Shown here in pieces: positions 1 to 10,420 of a stretch of DNA of 64,000 nucleotides. A model generated the notes under the pieces. The model saw nothing but the letters and a program-made list of their open reading frames with translations. It searched no databases and was not told where the DNA came from. The translations under genes and the position numbers were made by a program. Source of the DNA: a bacterium (GTDB lineage: Bacteria > UBA8248 > JACPRG01 > G963555815); NCBI GenBank assembly GCA_965218795.1, contig OZ244653.1:4768001-4832000 (forward strand), written 5' to 3'. Each line of letters opens with the position of its first letter. The first letter of the stretch is position 1.

Positions 1-310
1 CTGGACGGGACCTTCAGCCCCTCCTGCCTCCAGAGCCTTTCCACGCGCTTGTGGTTCACCTTCCACCCCTCCCAACGAAGCATGGCCGTGATCCTCCGGT
101 AGCCGTATCGGCCGTACTGACTGGCCAGTTCCACCATCCGGATCACCAGTTGCGCCTCTTCCTTGGGGAACTGCGGGATTCTTCGTTGGGTCGATCTGGC
201 CTGTCCCAGCACGCGGCAGGCCCGACGCTCGGAGACTCGCTCAGGCCCGAATCGCTCTCTGACCCATACCACGACTCGTCTCCGCTTCGCCGGGCTTAGA
301 AGTTTCCCGA
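1..310 (-). CDS. IS3 transposase OrfB N-terminal part (partial, -1 frameshift from OrfA)
   Basis: Manual translation gives ...SERRACRVLGQARSTQR...YGRYGYRRITAMLRWEGWKVNHKRVERLWRQEGL, the OrfB HTH_21 motif. Confidence 0.85.
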
Positions 311-574
311 GGAGACTTCCTTCAGGATCTGGTTGTCCAGGGACAGATCCGCCACCAGCTTCTTCAGCCGGGCATTCTCCTGCTCCAGGGACTTCAGACG
401 CTTGGCCTGGTCCATCCTCAGACCCCCGTACTCCTTCCTCCACCGGTAGTAGGTTTGCTCCGTCACCCCGATCTGCTTGCACACCTGGCCTACCGTCTTC
501 CCCTGGGACTGGGCCACCTCCGCCTCTCGCAGCTTGATGATGATCTGCTCGGCCGTAAACCGCTTCCTTGCCAT
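296..574 (-). CDS. IS3 transposase OrfA (HTH)
   Basis: MARKRFTAEQIIIKLREAEV...EQTYYRWRKEYGG...LEQENARLKKLVADLSLD is a typical OrfA. Confidence 0.93.
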   Translation of the reverse strand: MARKRFTAEQIIIKLREAEVAQSQGKTVGQVCKQIGVTEQTYYRWRKEYGGLRMDQAKRLKSLEQENARLKKLVADLSLDNQILKEVSSGNF

Positions 575-643
575 CCTTCCCCTCCTTCCGAAAATCCAGG
601 AATACTCATTTATAAACTGGACCCGTTTGAAGGGCGCAGGTCA

Positions 644-1099
644 GACAATTATTGGTTCGTTCTTCGACATGAGCTTGAACACGTAAAAAGGGGAGATGCC
701 AAGGGAACAGAAATAACCATGGTGGAACCTGACTCTGATGTTAGGGGAGGAGGCATATTGCCATTGGTTGACATGCCTGAGGAAGAAAAACAAGCCAATC
801 AGGAAGCTACTGACTTTTGTGTTCCTCAACAAGTACTAAATGATTTTATCGCACGCATAGGTCCAATTTATTCCAGAACGAAGGTTTTGAATTTTGCAAG
901 CAGAATTGAGGTTCATCCTGGGTTGGTTGTTGGGCAGCTACAAAATCGCGGGGTATTGCCCTATTCACATCTAAGAAGGTTATTGGTAAGGGTGCAGCGT
1001 TTTGTAACAGAAACCACCCTTACAGACGGAATGGGGGCACATGCCTCAATTTCAGCCCGTCAGGGGCTAAAAAAGTGTCCTCTTAACCATCTTGGCTAA
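644..1099 (+). pseudogene. C-terminal remnant of an ImmA/IrrE-family metallopeptidase (HigA-type HTH-peptidase antitoxin/regulator), truncated by the IS
   Basis: DNYWFVLRHELEH (HExxH), EEEKQANQEA and IEVHPGLVVGQLQ. The remnant starts exactly at the IS end and is visibly more AT-rich than its flanks. Confidence 0.75.
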
Positions 1100-1239
1100 C
1101 GAACAGGTTGATGGTTTCGATGGGCCTTCGGCCCTGGTTTCGATACCCCAGTTGGTATCGTTCGGCCTTGGTCCCCGCTGTGTCTCATTCGATAGGGCGG
1201 ATGACCGTAGATTGGACACAGTGCAGGCCGAGGATATAC

Positions 1240-2730
1240 CTACGATTGGCCGTTCCGTCGACTCACCCAGACGGATGCGCCCGCAAGGACAGCGAGCCAG
1301 ATCCAGCCTAGAATGATGACCGCAGGCCATGGATACCCCCCATAGGGTCTTCATAGATCATCGGGCAAATCCAACCCGATGATTAAGACCAGGATGGCCG
1401 GTACCAGAACCATTACACCAAAATCCCAGCGAAGAGTCAGTCGAATTTTTTTGTGGTGATTGAGATGGTCCCGGACAAATTTCGGTTTGAGAACGTAGCC
1501 GACGAGAACAGCCTCCAAAACGCCAACCACGACCCCCCCATAGTGAGTGACGAATCGATCCACAATATCCAGCCAAAACAGACCGCCCCCGGTCGTGAAG
1601 ACCAGGCTCAGGAGAAACCCGATACCGCACAATATGGATACGGCGCGCCGCCGCTCCATATGAAATTTGTCCGCGAGCGCCGCTACGAATGCCTCGGTCA
1701 ATGAAATGGCCGAGCTCAGGCCCGCAAGGGCCAAGGCCAGAAAGAATATCGCCCCAAAAAGAGGGCGCATGGCCGGGAGTTTGTTAATGGCCTCGGGATA
1801 GGCCACAAAAGCCAATCCTATGCTTTGTTTCACAACCTCGTCCACCGGCTTTCCGCTCACGATGGAGATGTAGCCCAGCGTAGCGAAAATGGCGAATCCG
1901 GCGAACACCGAGAATAAACTGTTGCCCAGAGCGATCATAAGCGCAGAACGTCCGACCGGCTCTCCTTTTGGGAGATAGCTGGCAAAGGCAATCATGATGC
2001 CGAACCCGAGGCTCATGCTGAAGAAGATTTGCGCATAGGCGTCAATCCAGACTTGAGGGCGTCTGAGGACGGCAAAATCAGGGGTGAGGTATGCCCGGAT
2101 GCCGGTGCCGGCGCCTTCCAGCGTCAGGCTCCAGGATACGAGGATTGCGATGAGTAGAATCAGGACAGGAACGAATATTTTGTTGGCCAGCTCAACCCCG
2201 CGACGGAGTTCGCGTGACGTGACCACCCAAGTGATTCCCCAGACCACAACGGTCCCGGCGAGGATGGGCCAGCGAAAACCACCCAGTTCGCCCGGCCCGG
2301 AAGTTTGCCCGAGGAACCCCTGTGCGAAGAATGATCCGGGATCTGAGCCCCAGCCCAGACTGAAGGCATACACAAAGTAGTCGACCGTCCAGCCGATGAC
2401 GACGCAATAGTAGGGATTCACGCCGAACATCCCGATGAACAGCGCCCACCAGCCCACCCACTCCCAGCCTTTGCCCGCTTCGGCGAGGGCGAGGGGTGCG
2501 CTTTTCCGCGTCCGGTGTCCCAAACCGAATTCCAGGAGCAGCAGGGGGATGCCGACGGTGATCAACGCAACCGCATAGGGGATCAGGAAAGCCCCCCCAC
2601 CGTTGCTGTAGGCCATGTAAGGAAAGCGCCAGATGTTACCCAAGCCCACGGCAGACCCCATGGCGGCCAGGATGAAACCTGAACGGCTTCCCCAAACTCC
2701 GCGATTCGGAGGCTCGGTGACTTCTGGCAA
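1240..2730 (-). pseudogene. Sodium-dependent transporter, NSS/SNF family, with an in-frame TGA at 1351-1353
   Basis: WGSRSGFILAAMGSAVGLGNIWRFPY, GGGAFLIPY and QIFFSMSLGFG. Past the TGA the frame continues RPYGGYPWPAVIILGW to TAG at 1240. TTG start at 2730 follows an AGAAGGGGAG RBS. Confidence 0.85.
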
Positions 2731-2899
2731 GTGGTCTCCCCTTCTATGGTGAAATTTTGATGATTTTATTACGATGCAAGAAGCGACTGACGAATGGTTT
2801 TCAGCCATCAGGGCCGGTACCGCGAAATTCCCGGTCCGGATCCCGACTGCGAGGCGTCCCCGCTTCGGGGAGAATCTTGCCGACCCGGTCGGACGTGAA

Positions 2900-3011
2900 A
2901 TGGCTTACTCCGACGTCGGCCGTATGCGCCTTGGAGAAATCCCCCGGGCCAAACACAACGGCCGGGATTCCGGCAGGAGGAAAGAGTCGGGCGTCGGTTC
3001 CGGCGACGTAG
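2900..3011 (-). pseudogene. C-terminal fragment of an M20 peptidase/ArgE-DapE family gene
   Basis: AGTDARLF..AGIPAVVFGPGD...AHTAD motif. Its upstream part is replaced by the IS at 3012. Confidence 0.65.
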
Positions 3012-4001
3012 TGGATTTGCCCCGTTTTTGTGGACACCTTCAGACTGTGCGGAGGAGGTGTTCAGATGGCGAAAACTCATTCACCCTACGCGCCGGAATA
3101 CCGGCGCCAGATGGTTGAGTTGGTTCGCTCGGGCCGTACGCCCGGAGAGCTGGCCCGGGAGTTCGAGTGTTCCGCTTCGGCGATTCGCAACTGGGTGCGC
3201 CAGGCCGACCGCGACGAGGGCCGTCGTGAGGACGGTCTGACAAGCTCAGAGCTCGAGGAGCTGCGCGGCACGTCCGGGCCATCCACGAGGGCTCTGGTGG
3301 CACCTATGGGGCGCCTCGGGTCCATGCCGAACTCGTGGCCAACGGGCGCCGGGTGAGCCGCAAACGGGTGGCTCGGCTGATGCGCGAGTCGGGCTTGGCC
3401 GGGGTGAGCCGGCGCCGAGGCACGGGTACTACGCGCGTGGACCCGAGCCATCGTGCGGTCCCGGACCGGGTCGAACGCCAGTTCCAGGCCGATGGGCCGG
3501 ACCGAATCTGGGTGGCCGACATCACCTACGTGCCGACTTGGACGGGGTTCGTGTATCTGGCGGTCGTGCTCGACGTGTTCAGCCGCCGGGTGGTGGGATG
3601 GTCCATGACCCACCATCTTCGCACCGAACTGGTGCTCGGGGTCCTAAGCATGGCGTTGGGACAGCGCCGGCCCGAAGGGGTCGTGCATCATTCCGACAAG
3701 GGCTCGCAGTACACTTCGCTTGCCTTCGGCAAACGGTGCCGGGAGATGGGGGTGCTTCCTTCGACCGGCTCGGCCGGCGACTGCTTTGATAACGCCATGG
3801 CCGAGAGCTTCTTCGCCACGCTCATCGTCCGGCTCGAACCGTCCCCGGTGCTTCCCGGAGCAGCGAGCCAAAGGTCAAGACATACCCCCCGAGGGCACCC
3901 TATCTATCGGATAGGGAGAAGACTTTACGTCCACCGGCTTTCGCCCACCGCAGGACTGGTGGCGACAGCCCAAACCCGTCCACTGAAACGGGGTAAATCC
4001 A
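3012..4001 (+). mobile_element. IS3-family element with both terminal IRs, internally deleted (990 bp)
   Basis: IRL is TGGATTTGCCCCGTTTTTGTGGAC at 3012. IRR, reverse-complemented, is TGGATTTACCCCGTTTCAGTGGAC ending at 4001. OrfA from 3066 (MAKTHSPYAPEYRR) is broken at ~3265; OrfB rve motifs WVADITY, HHSDKGSQY and DNAMAESFFATL are followed by a truncation. Confidence 0.9.
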
Positions 4002-5152
4002 GTCGGCGATACGGGTTCGCGGCCTCCTGCACCGAGTCCCGCGCCAGATGGGCATAGCGCGCCGTAGTCTCGACCTGCGTGTGGCCCAACAGCTTTCCGA
4101 TTACCGGCAAACTCTCCCCCAACGGCAGGGCCCTGGACGCGAAGCTGTGACGCAGGTCATGAATCCGGACGTCCTCCAGGCCGGCCCGCGCCCGGATGAC
4201 CTGCCAGGCATCATCGAGGGCGCTTATATGCGTGCCCGGCTTCCGGCCCGGAATGACCCAGGGGTTGCCCTCCATGCGCGGCAGACCGGAAAGAAGCTTC
4301 ACCGCCGACGGCGACAGTGAAACCCACCCTTGCGCCCGTCTTGGCGTCGGGCAGCCTCAATTCGTTCTGATCCAGCGCCACGTCCTCCCAGCGCAGGGTC
4401 AGGATCTCCTTCTTCCGGCACCCGGTCAGCATGAGCAGCCGAAGAGCGGTCACCGCGGATGCCGACGCGCCGCTCCGGGCCTCGACCTCATCCAATACCT
4501 GCCCCAGGCGGGTGAACTCCCCATCGGTCAGGAACCGTTCCCGCTTGCGCGCGGGGTACTTGACGACAGAGCGGCAGGGATTGCATCCCTCCGGAACGAG
4601 TCCCCAGCCCTCGGCCAGCCTGTACATCAGCGACAGGGTGCGGACCACCATGTTCGCAATGGAAGGCGTCTCGCACAGTCGTTGATGCAGAGCCGTGACC
4701 TGCGCGCGTTCGACCGTTGCCAGGGGCAGCCTGCCCAGGGCGGGCACGATATGACGATTCACCACCGTGCGGGTTGACGCTGCGGTACGCGGCTTGTAGC
4801 GCACCGTCGCATGCTCTTCGAGAAACCGCCTCGCAAGCTCGCCCACGGTCGGCCCCCCGGACAGCTTCACCGCCATAGGCTCGGGTACCGGCTCCTCGCC
4901 CGCCTTGACCCGGGCGATGATCAAGGCCGCCCTCTGACGCGCCTGCTCCGCGCCGAGCACCCCGTGCCGGCCCACCGTGACCCGCTTCGGCCCCCCCGGT
5001 CCCCGGGCCTGGGCGATATAGACCTTGCCGCCCGCGGGATAGACCCGCACCCCGAAGCCGGTGAGCTTGTGATCCCAGAACACAGTGTCCTTTTGGACCT
5101 TCAGCTTCTCGACCGTACGGTTCGAGAGTGTCTTGTATTCCAGCTTCGCCAT
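4002..5152 (-). pseudogene. Tyrosine recombinase/integrase with arm-DNA-binding domain, frameshifted (~4322), C-terminus clipped by IS
   Basis: FWDHKLTGFGVRV, LLMLTGCRKKEI and DAKTG, then in another frame HDLRHSFAS...LLGH...TTARYAH. Confidence 0.88.
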
Positions 5153-5184
5153 GTCCGGATCCAGCCTCATGCCGCCTCGGTGCT

Positions 5185-6353
5185 CTACGGCCCGATGTGG
5201 GTCCCGATGCTGTCGCCCACCCGGGTCGCGGCCTCCTTCTCTGCATCCCGCATCAGGTGCGCGTACCGCGCCGTGGTCCCCACCTTCCTGTGACCGAGCA
5301 GCTTCCCGATCGTGGGCAGGCTCTCGCCCAGCGCCAGGGCCCTCGATGCATAGCTGTGCCGGATGTCGTGAATCCGAACGTCATCAAGCCCGGCCAGCGC
5401 CCGGATGGATTGCCAGTAGTTATCGAGCTTCGTCAGACCGGTCCCCGGCCTTTGTCCGGCAAGCACCCAGGGAGTGTGCCGTCGATACGGGGAATGCCGT
5501 CGAGCACCGCCAGCACAGGCGCGGTCAGGGGCACCATGCGCGGACCCGCCTTGGCGTCCCTGAGCCTCAGCTCGCCCGCCGTGCGGTCCACGTCGTCCCA
5601 ACGCAGGGTCAGGCTCTCGCTCTTCCGGCATCCGGTCAGCATCAGCAGGCGAAGCGCCGCAATCGCCGGCGGCCACACCGAGCCGTCCGCCTCCGCCTCC
5701 TGCAATACCCGGCCCAGCCGCCGGAACTCCTCCGGCGTCAGAAATCGTTCGCGCGACCGCGTCTTGTAGCGGCGCACCGACCGGCACGGGTTCCGTCCGG
5801 GCGGTATTCTTTCCCACGCCTCGGCCAGCGAGAACATTTTCGACAGAATCTTGACTACCCGGTTGGCCGTGTTGGGCGTGTCACGCAGAAGGTGATGCAG
5901 CGCCGAAATCTCCCGTCGTCCGACCTCGCCGATCGCCTTCCCGCCCAACACCGGCAAGATGTGCTTGTCGAGCATGAACCGATACGTTGCGGCGGTGCTC
6001 GGCTTGCAATGCGCCATGACATGGACGCGCATGAAGCGTTCGACCAGTTCGGCCACGGTGAGCTCCGATTCGGGCGGCGCGGGCACGGGGTCCTCGCCCC
6101 GCTTGATGCGGTCGATGACCACGGCCGCCCGTTTCCTCGCCTCATCGGTCGACATGTCCCCATGCCGCCCGAGGGTCACTCGCTTCGGTCCGGTCAGCCC
6201 CCGGGACTGGACCACGTAGACCTTGCGGCCCGTGGCATGGACCCGCACCCCGAAGCCCGCCAGGTCCCGATCCCAGAAGACGGCATCCTCGGCTTCGACG
6301 GTGAGTGCATCGACGGTGAGCTTGGAGATCCTGAGCTCGCTTCTTCTGGGCAT
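5185..6353 (-). pseudogene. Second tandem tyrosine integrase, frameshifted (~5475)
   Basis: FWDRDLAGFGVRV and LLMLTGCRKSE; in the second frame HDIRHSYAS...LLGHRKVGTTARYAH. AAGGAGG RBS precedes the ATG at 6353. Confidence 0.88.
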
Positions 6354-6363
6354 GGTCCTCCTT

Positions 6364-6395
6364 AAAAATTCCACCACGGGCTTTTGGGCCTGTGG
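6364..6395 (-). terminator. Putative intrinsic terminator after the DinB-family gene
   Basis: Hairpin CCACAGGC-CCAAAA-GCCCGTGG followed shortly by TTTTT on the minus strand. Confidence 0.45.
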
Positions 6396-6402
6396 AGGGC
6401 GC

Positions 6403-6933
6403 TTACTGCCATCCGGGGTGCCAGCCGTATTCGGAGCGTATGCCGCGCAAGTAGGCGATTTGTCCCGTATGCTGGATGATCTCCGAGGTCAGCAAGGTCA
6501 GCTGTTGGCCCATCGTCTTGAGGCCCGCGACCTCGCGCTTCATCTTGCGGTCGAAATCCTCATCCGAGCAGCTCCGAAAAAAACGGACGGTTTCTTTTCG
6601 CACGGCCGCCTGATAGTCCATGACGGTCTCCAAATCGGGGATTTCAAACGCGCCGGCTTCCTCGGGCGTGAACCCGTAGCCCGTGTACTCCGGATCGGCG
6701 GACTTCCCGAACCTTTCATGCCACCCTTGGTTGATCCAGACTTGCTCCCGCTCCTCGAATTCCGAAATGACGTAGTCTTCTTCCCGCGACATATGCCACA
6801 ACATGAAACGAGCCGGATTCACTTTTGGATCGGGACGGTATGCCAGGTCCTTCTCCGACATGCCTTCCACGGCAAGATCAAGGGTGCGCTTCAAGCGGTC
6901 GAGAACGGAGATGAGAAATTCGGGCGCATTCAT
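6403..6933 (-). CDS. DinB/YfiT-family protein
   Basis: GMSEKDLAYRP, LWHMSREED and IIQHTGQIAYLRG match the DinB_2 pattern. Confidence 0.8.
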   Translation of the reverse strand: MNAPEFLISVLDRLKRTLDLAVEGMSEKDLAYRPDPKVNPARFMLWHMSREEDYVISEFEEREQVWINQGWHERFGKSADPEYTGYGFTPEEAGAFEIPDLETVMDYQAAVRKETVRFFRSCSDEDFDRKMKREVAGLKTMGQQLTLLTSEIIQHTGQIAYLRGIRSEYGWHPGWQ

Positions 6934-7040
6934 CGTCTGGGGTCTCCGAAAGCCTTTCGTTGAAGGGGTGGGAGAGGGGATATCGGCAATCGGTCAGCAG
7001 GGTGGATACCGACGTGCCGCGGATCCCCGTCTTGCATGGC

Positions 7041-8807
7041 CTAGTGGTGATCGGATTGCCTCAGATCCTTGAGATGCAGTTGAAGGTTCTCTTGCCCGTT
7101 CCACCGATTGATTTCCGGCTCGAAAACAACGTCGACGGATACATCCGGACGTGAAAGGAATTCCAGTCGCTCCTCGTTTCCCATTCCAAACCCGATGGCT
7201 TCCGCAGAGTGGCCGGAATTCGGATCGTGAAGCTCGAGCTTCAGATGGCGACCCTCCTTGCCCACCGCCCGGATGCCTCCGGTCACCTTGAGATCTTGCG
7301 ACCAGAAAAGGGGGCGAACGTTCCCCGGACCGAAGGGCGACATTCGCTCCAGCGCTTCCAGCGTGTCGAAGGTCAAGTCCGAAAGCTCCAGGCGGGCCTC
7401 GACCGTAAGCGCCGGGACTGGAGCGGGACCCGACATCCGTTCCCGGGAGACCTGTGAAAACCGCTCGATGAAATCATCCAACCGATCCCTCTTGATGGTC
7501 AGGCCCGCCGCGAACTCGTGCCCTCCGAATTTTTCCAGCAGGTCGGAACATTCGGCCAACGCCTGATAAAGATGAAACTCACCGATTGACCGGCCGGACC
7601 CGACCCCTTCTTCTCCCGCCAGTCCGATGAGAATCACGGGAAGACAGAACTCCTCCGTCAGCTTCGACGCCACAATGCCAAGAACGCCCGGGTGCCACCC
7701 ATCGCCTCCCATGACGATGGGTCGGTCCGTCTCGATCCCGTCACGAAGGAGCCGCTTCCGGACTTCCTCATGAACGCGATCTTGAACGCCTTGACGTTCT
7801 CCGTTAAGCCGATCCAATTCAGAGGCCAGGCGGGTGGCTTGCGCAGGATCGTTCTCCAGAAGAATGGCGAGGGCCAGATCCACTTGGCCCAACCGTCCCG
7901 CGGCGTTGATGCGGGGCCCCAACTGGAACGCCACCTGCCCATAGGACAGGCTCATCACCCCGGCGCGGGGCTCGGGTGAGATCCCTGCCATGCGGATCAG
8001 GGACCGGAGGCCCGGACGGGAGGAGGCGGCCAGTTCCTGAAGGCCATGACGGAGAAGTATCCGATTTTCGCCCTGGATGTCGACCACATCGGCGACCGTG
8101 GCCAGCGCCACCAGATCGAGTAATCGCCTGAGATTTGGGAAGTCTCCCGTCCAGCCGGCGTCCCGTAGCGCGCGTCGGAGTCCCACCAAAAACTTGAAAC
8201 CGATTGCTGTACCGCAAAGCGACTTGTCGGGATATCCGCAACCGGGCTGGTGAGGATCCACCACGGCATGCGCCGGGGGGAGTTCTTCAAGGGGCTGGTG
8301 ATGGTCTGTGACGATCACATCAAAGCCTTCTTCGACGGCGGCCTTCACCTCGGCGATGTTCGTGATTCCACAGTCGACAGTGATGAGAAGCCCTCTTCCC
8401 TTTCGGACCAAAGATTGGAGGGCTTTCCGGTTGAGGCCGTATCCCTCGGTGAGCCGGTCCGGGATATACCTTTCAACCGCCCGGCCCAGTGAGCGGAAAA
8501 ACTGGACCACCAAGGCGGTCGCACAAACGCCATCCACGTCATAATCGCCATACACGATGATCCGTTCGCCGTCCGTAACGGCGCGCGCGGTGCGCTCCAC
8601 TGCCCGTTGCATCCCTGCCATCAGGAAGGGGTCATGAAGTCCCTCTATGGATGCTTCGAGAAAATTTCGAGTCGTTTCCGTTTTCGAAAATCCACGGTTC
8701 CAAAGGAGGCCCGCGACGAGAGGGGGAAGGCTCAGGGACTGGGCGAGTCTTCCGGATTCGGCCGGCGCTGCATTCGCAAGCCGCCAAGGGTAGCGGCCCC
8801 CGCTCAT
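7041..8807 (-). CDS. recJ: ssDNA-specific exonuclease RecJ
   Basis: YGDYDVDG, ITVDCG, TDHH, ATVADVV, PRINAAGR, GGHEFAAG and PFGPGN. Start placed at MSGGRYPW. Confidence 0.95.
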   Translation of the reverse strand: MSGGRYPWRLANAAPAESGRLAQSLSLPPLVAGLLWNRGFSKTETTRNFLEASIEGLHDPFLMAGMQRAVERTARAVTDGERIIVYGDYDVDGVCATALVVQFFRSLGRAVERYIPDRLTEGYGLNRKALQSLVRKGRGLLITVDCGITNIAEVKAAVEEGFDVIVTDHHQPLEELPPAHAVVDPHQPGCGYPDKSLCGTAIGFKFLVGLRRALRDAGWTGDFPNLRRLLDLVALATVADVVDIQGENRILLRHGLQELAASSRPGLRSLIRMAGISPEPRAGVMSLSYGQVAFQLGPRINAAGRLGQVDLALAILLENDPAQATRLASELDRLNGERQGVQDRVHEEVRKRLLRDGIETDRPIVMGGDGWHPGVLGIVASKLTEEFCLPVILIGLAGEEGVGSGRSIGEFHLYQALAECSDLLEKFGGHEFAAGLTIKRDRLDDFIERFSQVSRERMSGPAPVPALTVEARLELSDLTFDTLEALERMSPFGPGNVRPLFWSQDLKVTGGIRAVGKEGRHLKLELHDPNSGHSAEAIGFGMGNEERLEFLSRPDVSVDVVFEPEINRWNGQENLQLHLKDLRQSDHH

Positions 8808-8845
8808 CTCTTTGGGGCTTTCGGCAGAGCGGCTGATGGGAGGCC

Positions 8846-10420
8846 TCACTTTCTTTGATAAGGGGCCCGTTTCCGGGCGATGGTTCGCCTGTCGAGCCGA
8901 ACCAGATCCAGTGTGATCCGATCCTGGAGTTGTCTCATCCGCCAATGCGAACATCGGTCTCCATTCATCAGAATTGAAAAAGCGATTACGTCGCCATCCA
9001 TGCTGAACGCGTAGCCCGACAGCGTGTCAACACCGTCGAGGGTTCCGGTCTTCGCCCGAATTCGCCGCTCGGCCAGCGTGTCGTCGAGCCGATTTTGAAT
9101 CGAGCCATCGACCCCCATGACGGCGAGAGAAGCCACAAACTCAGGCCGAAACCGGATGTCGTCGTACATGTCGGCCAGTACGCGCACCAACTGGGCCGGG
9201 CTGACTCTGCTTTTCCTGGAAAGTCCCGCCCCGTCATCCACAACGAAGGATCCGCTCTGGTGGCCGAGACGGTTCATGTACCGGCCGACTACGGAGATTC
9301 CCTTGGCGCGCGTGCCGGGAGCGCCTTCGATTTCGGCGCCCAACGTCTTCAGGACCTGCTCGGCAATGAAGTTGTTACTCCATTTGTTCAGGTCCGAGAG
9401 AATGATGGACAGAGCTTTTGATTTATGACTTGTCAACATGCCGGCGGACCTGGGGGTTTTCCCCCGCCGGACGATTCCGGTGAAGGAGATTCCTTCCGAG
9501 TTGAGGAATTCGCGGAAGGTATGCCCCAAATAAAAGGTCGGGTGGGTAATGCTGATCCAGAGTTGCCTCGCACGGCTTCCGGCGGGGAGTTGGCCCTCCA
9601 GGATGATCCTGTCTCCATCGGCGTGTGACGCCCGCCGGACCCGTAGATTGGCCTTTCGGCGCCGTCCGACGGTCTTCGCTCTGTTGACCAGCTGGACGTA
9701 GGGTGAGTCCGGGTCGACAACCGTACGCGGCGGACCGCCTATGATCCGGCTGGGCTCGACATAGATGCCCAGGGAATTGAAATTCAACGATGCTGCGCCA
9801 TTGGGAGCTTGATAAGGTTTCAGCCCCTGCTCCCCTTTCGTTCCGGGTACGAAACGTTCCGAATCGAAGAACCCGTCATCCACGAACAAGCCGCCCCTGA
9901 TCTCTCGAAGCCCCGCCCGCTTCAACGCCCGAACCAGCATCCACAGCTCTTCACTCACGAGGCTGGGGTCTCCGAACCCCTTCAAGTAGAGGTCACCCTC
10001 CAGAACCCCGGACGAGAACTGACCTGTGTAGTACACGTTGGTTCTGAATCGAAAATTGGGTTTGAGGTAATGAAAGGCCGCCGCTGTCGTCAGTATCTTG
10101 ATATTGGAGGCGGGAATAAAGAGCTCATCTCCCCGGAGGTCATAAAGCACCTCCCTGGAGTTTAACGAGAAAGCCCGGATTCCAACCCGGTTCTTATGGA
10201 GGCACGCTTTCTTGAGATGGGTTGCCAGCCTCCGCTTCAGGATCGGAATTCCACGAGGCTTGGCCGAAGCCTTCCGCGCCTTGATGACGCGCGCCCTTTT
10301 GTCGGCCGCGTCCGGTCCCGGTGGCGCGGCGAATACGGCGATCAACAAAACTGACAGGGAGGCCCTTCTGAGAGATCCGAGTCGGGATTTGCTCATCGAT
10401 CCGGTTTCAGGTTTGGACAT
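8846..10420 (-). CDS. dacB: D-alanyl-D-alanine carboxypeptidase/endopeptidase (PBP4, S13)
   Basis: PASNIK (SxxK), SNN, AKTGTL, GFGDP, and an N-terminal signal-like segment. Confidence 0.93.
   Translation of the reverse strand: MSKPETGSMSKSRLGSLRRASLSVLLIAVFAAPPGPDAADKRARVIKARKASAKPRGIPILKRRLATHLKKACLHKNRVGIRAFSLNSREVLYDLRGDELFIPASNIKILTTAAAFHYLKPNFRFRTNVYYTGQFSSGVLEGDLYLKGFGDPSLVSEELWMLVRALKRAGLREIRGGLFVDDGFFDSERFVPGTKGEQGLKPYQAPNGAASLNFNSLGIYVEPSRIIGGPPRTVVDPDSPYVQLVNRAKTVGRRRKANLRVRRASHADGDRIILEGQLPAGSRARQLWISITHPTFYLGHTFREFLNSEGISFTGIVRRGKTPRSAGMLTSHKSKALSIILSDLNKWSNNFIAEQVLKTLGAEIEGAPGTRAKGISVVGRYMNRLGHQSGSFVVDDGAGLSRKSRVSPAQLVRVLADMYDDIRFRPEFVASLAVMGVDGSIQNRLDDTLAERRIRAKTGTLDGVDTLSGYAFSMDGDVIAFSILMNGDRCSHWRMRQLQDRITLDLVRLDRRTIARKRAPYQRK

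Larger units (their letters stand above)
1..643 (-). mobile_element. IS3-family (IS407-group-like) insertion sequence, left part; runs off the window edge
   Basis: Terminal IR on the minus strand reads TGACCTGCGCCCTTCAAACGGGTCCAG from 643. OrfA lies at 574..296, and OrfB continues in the -1 frame through GGAAACTTCTAAG. Confidence 0.9.

Noticed and set aside
455-1099. 214-aa ORF as an intact gene
   Set aside because: Chimeric: its N-terminus is the antisense of IS3 OrfA/IR. Only 644 onward is protein-like.
1320-1353. Selenocysteine recoding of the NSS TGA
   Set aside because: No Cys/redox context and no convincing bacterial SECIS; NSS transporters are not known selenoproteins.
5085-6365. 426-aa plus-strand ORF
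   Set aside because: Antisense shadow of the GC-rich integrase, with no motifs.
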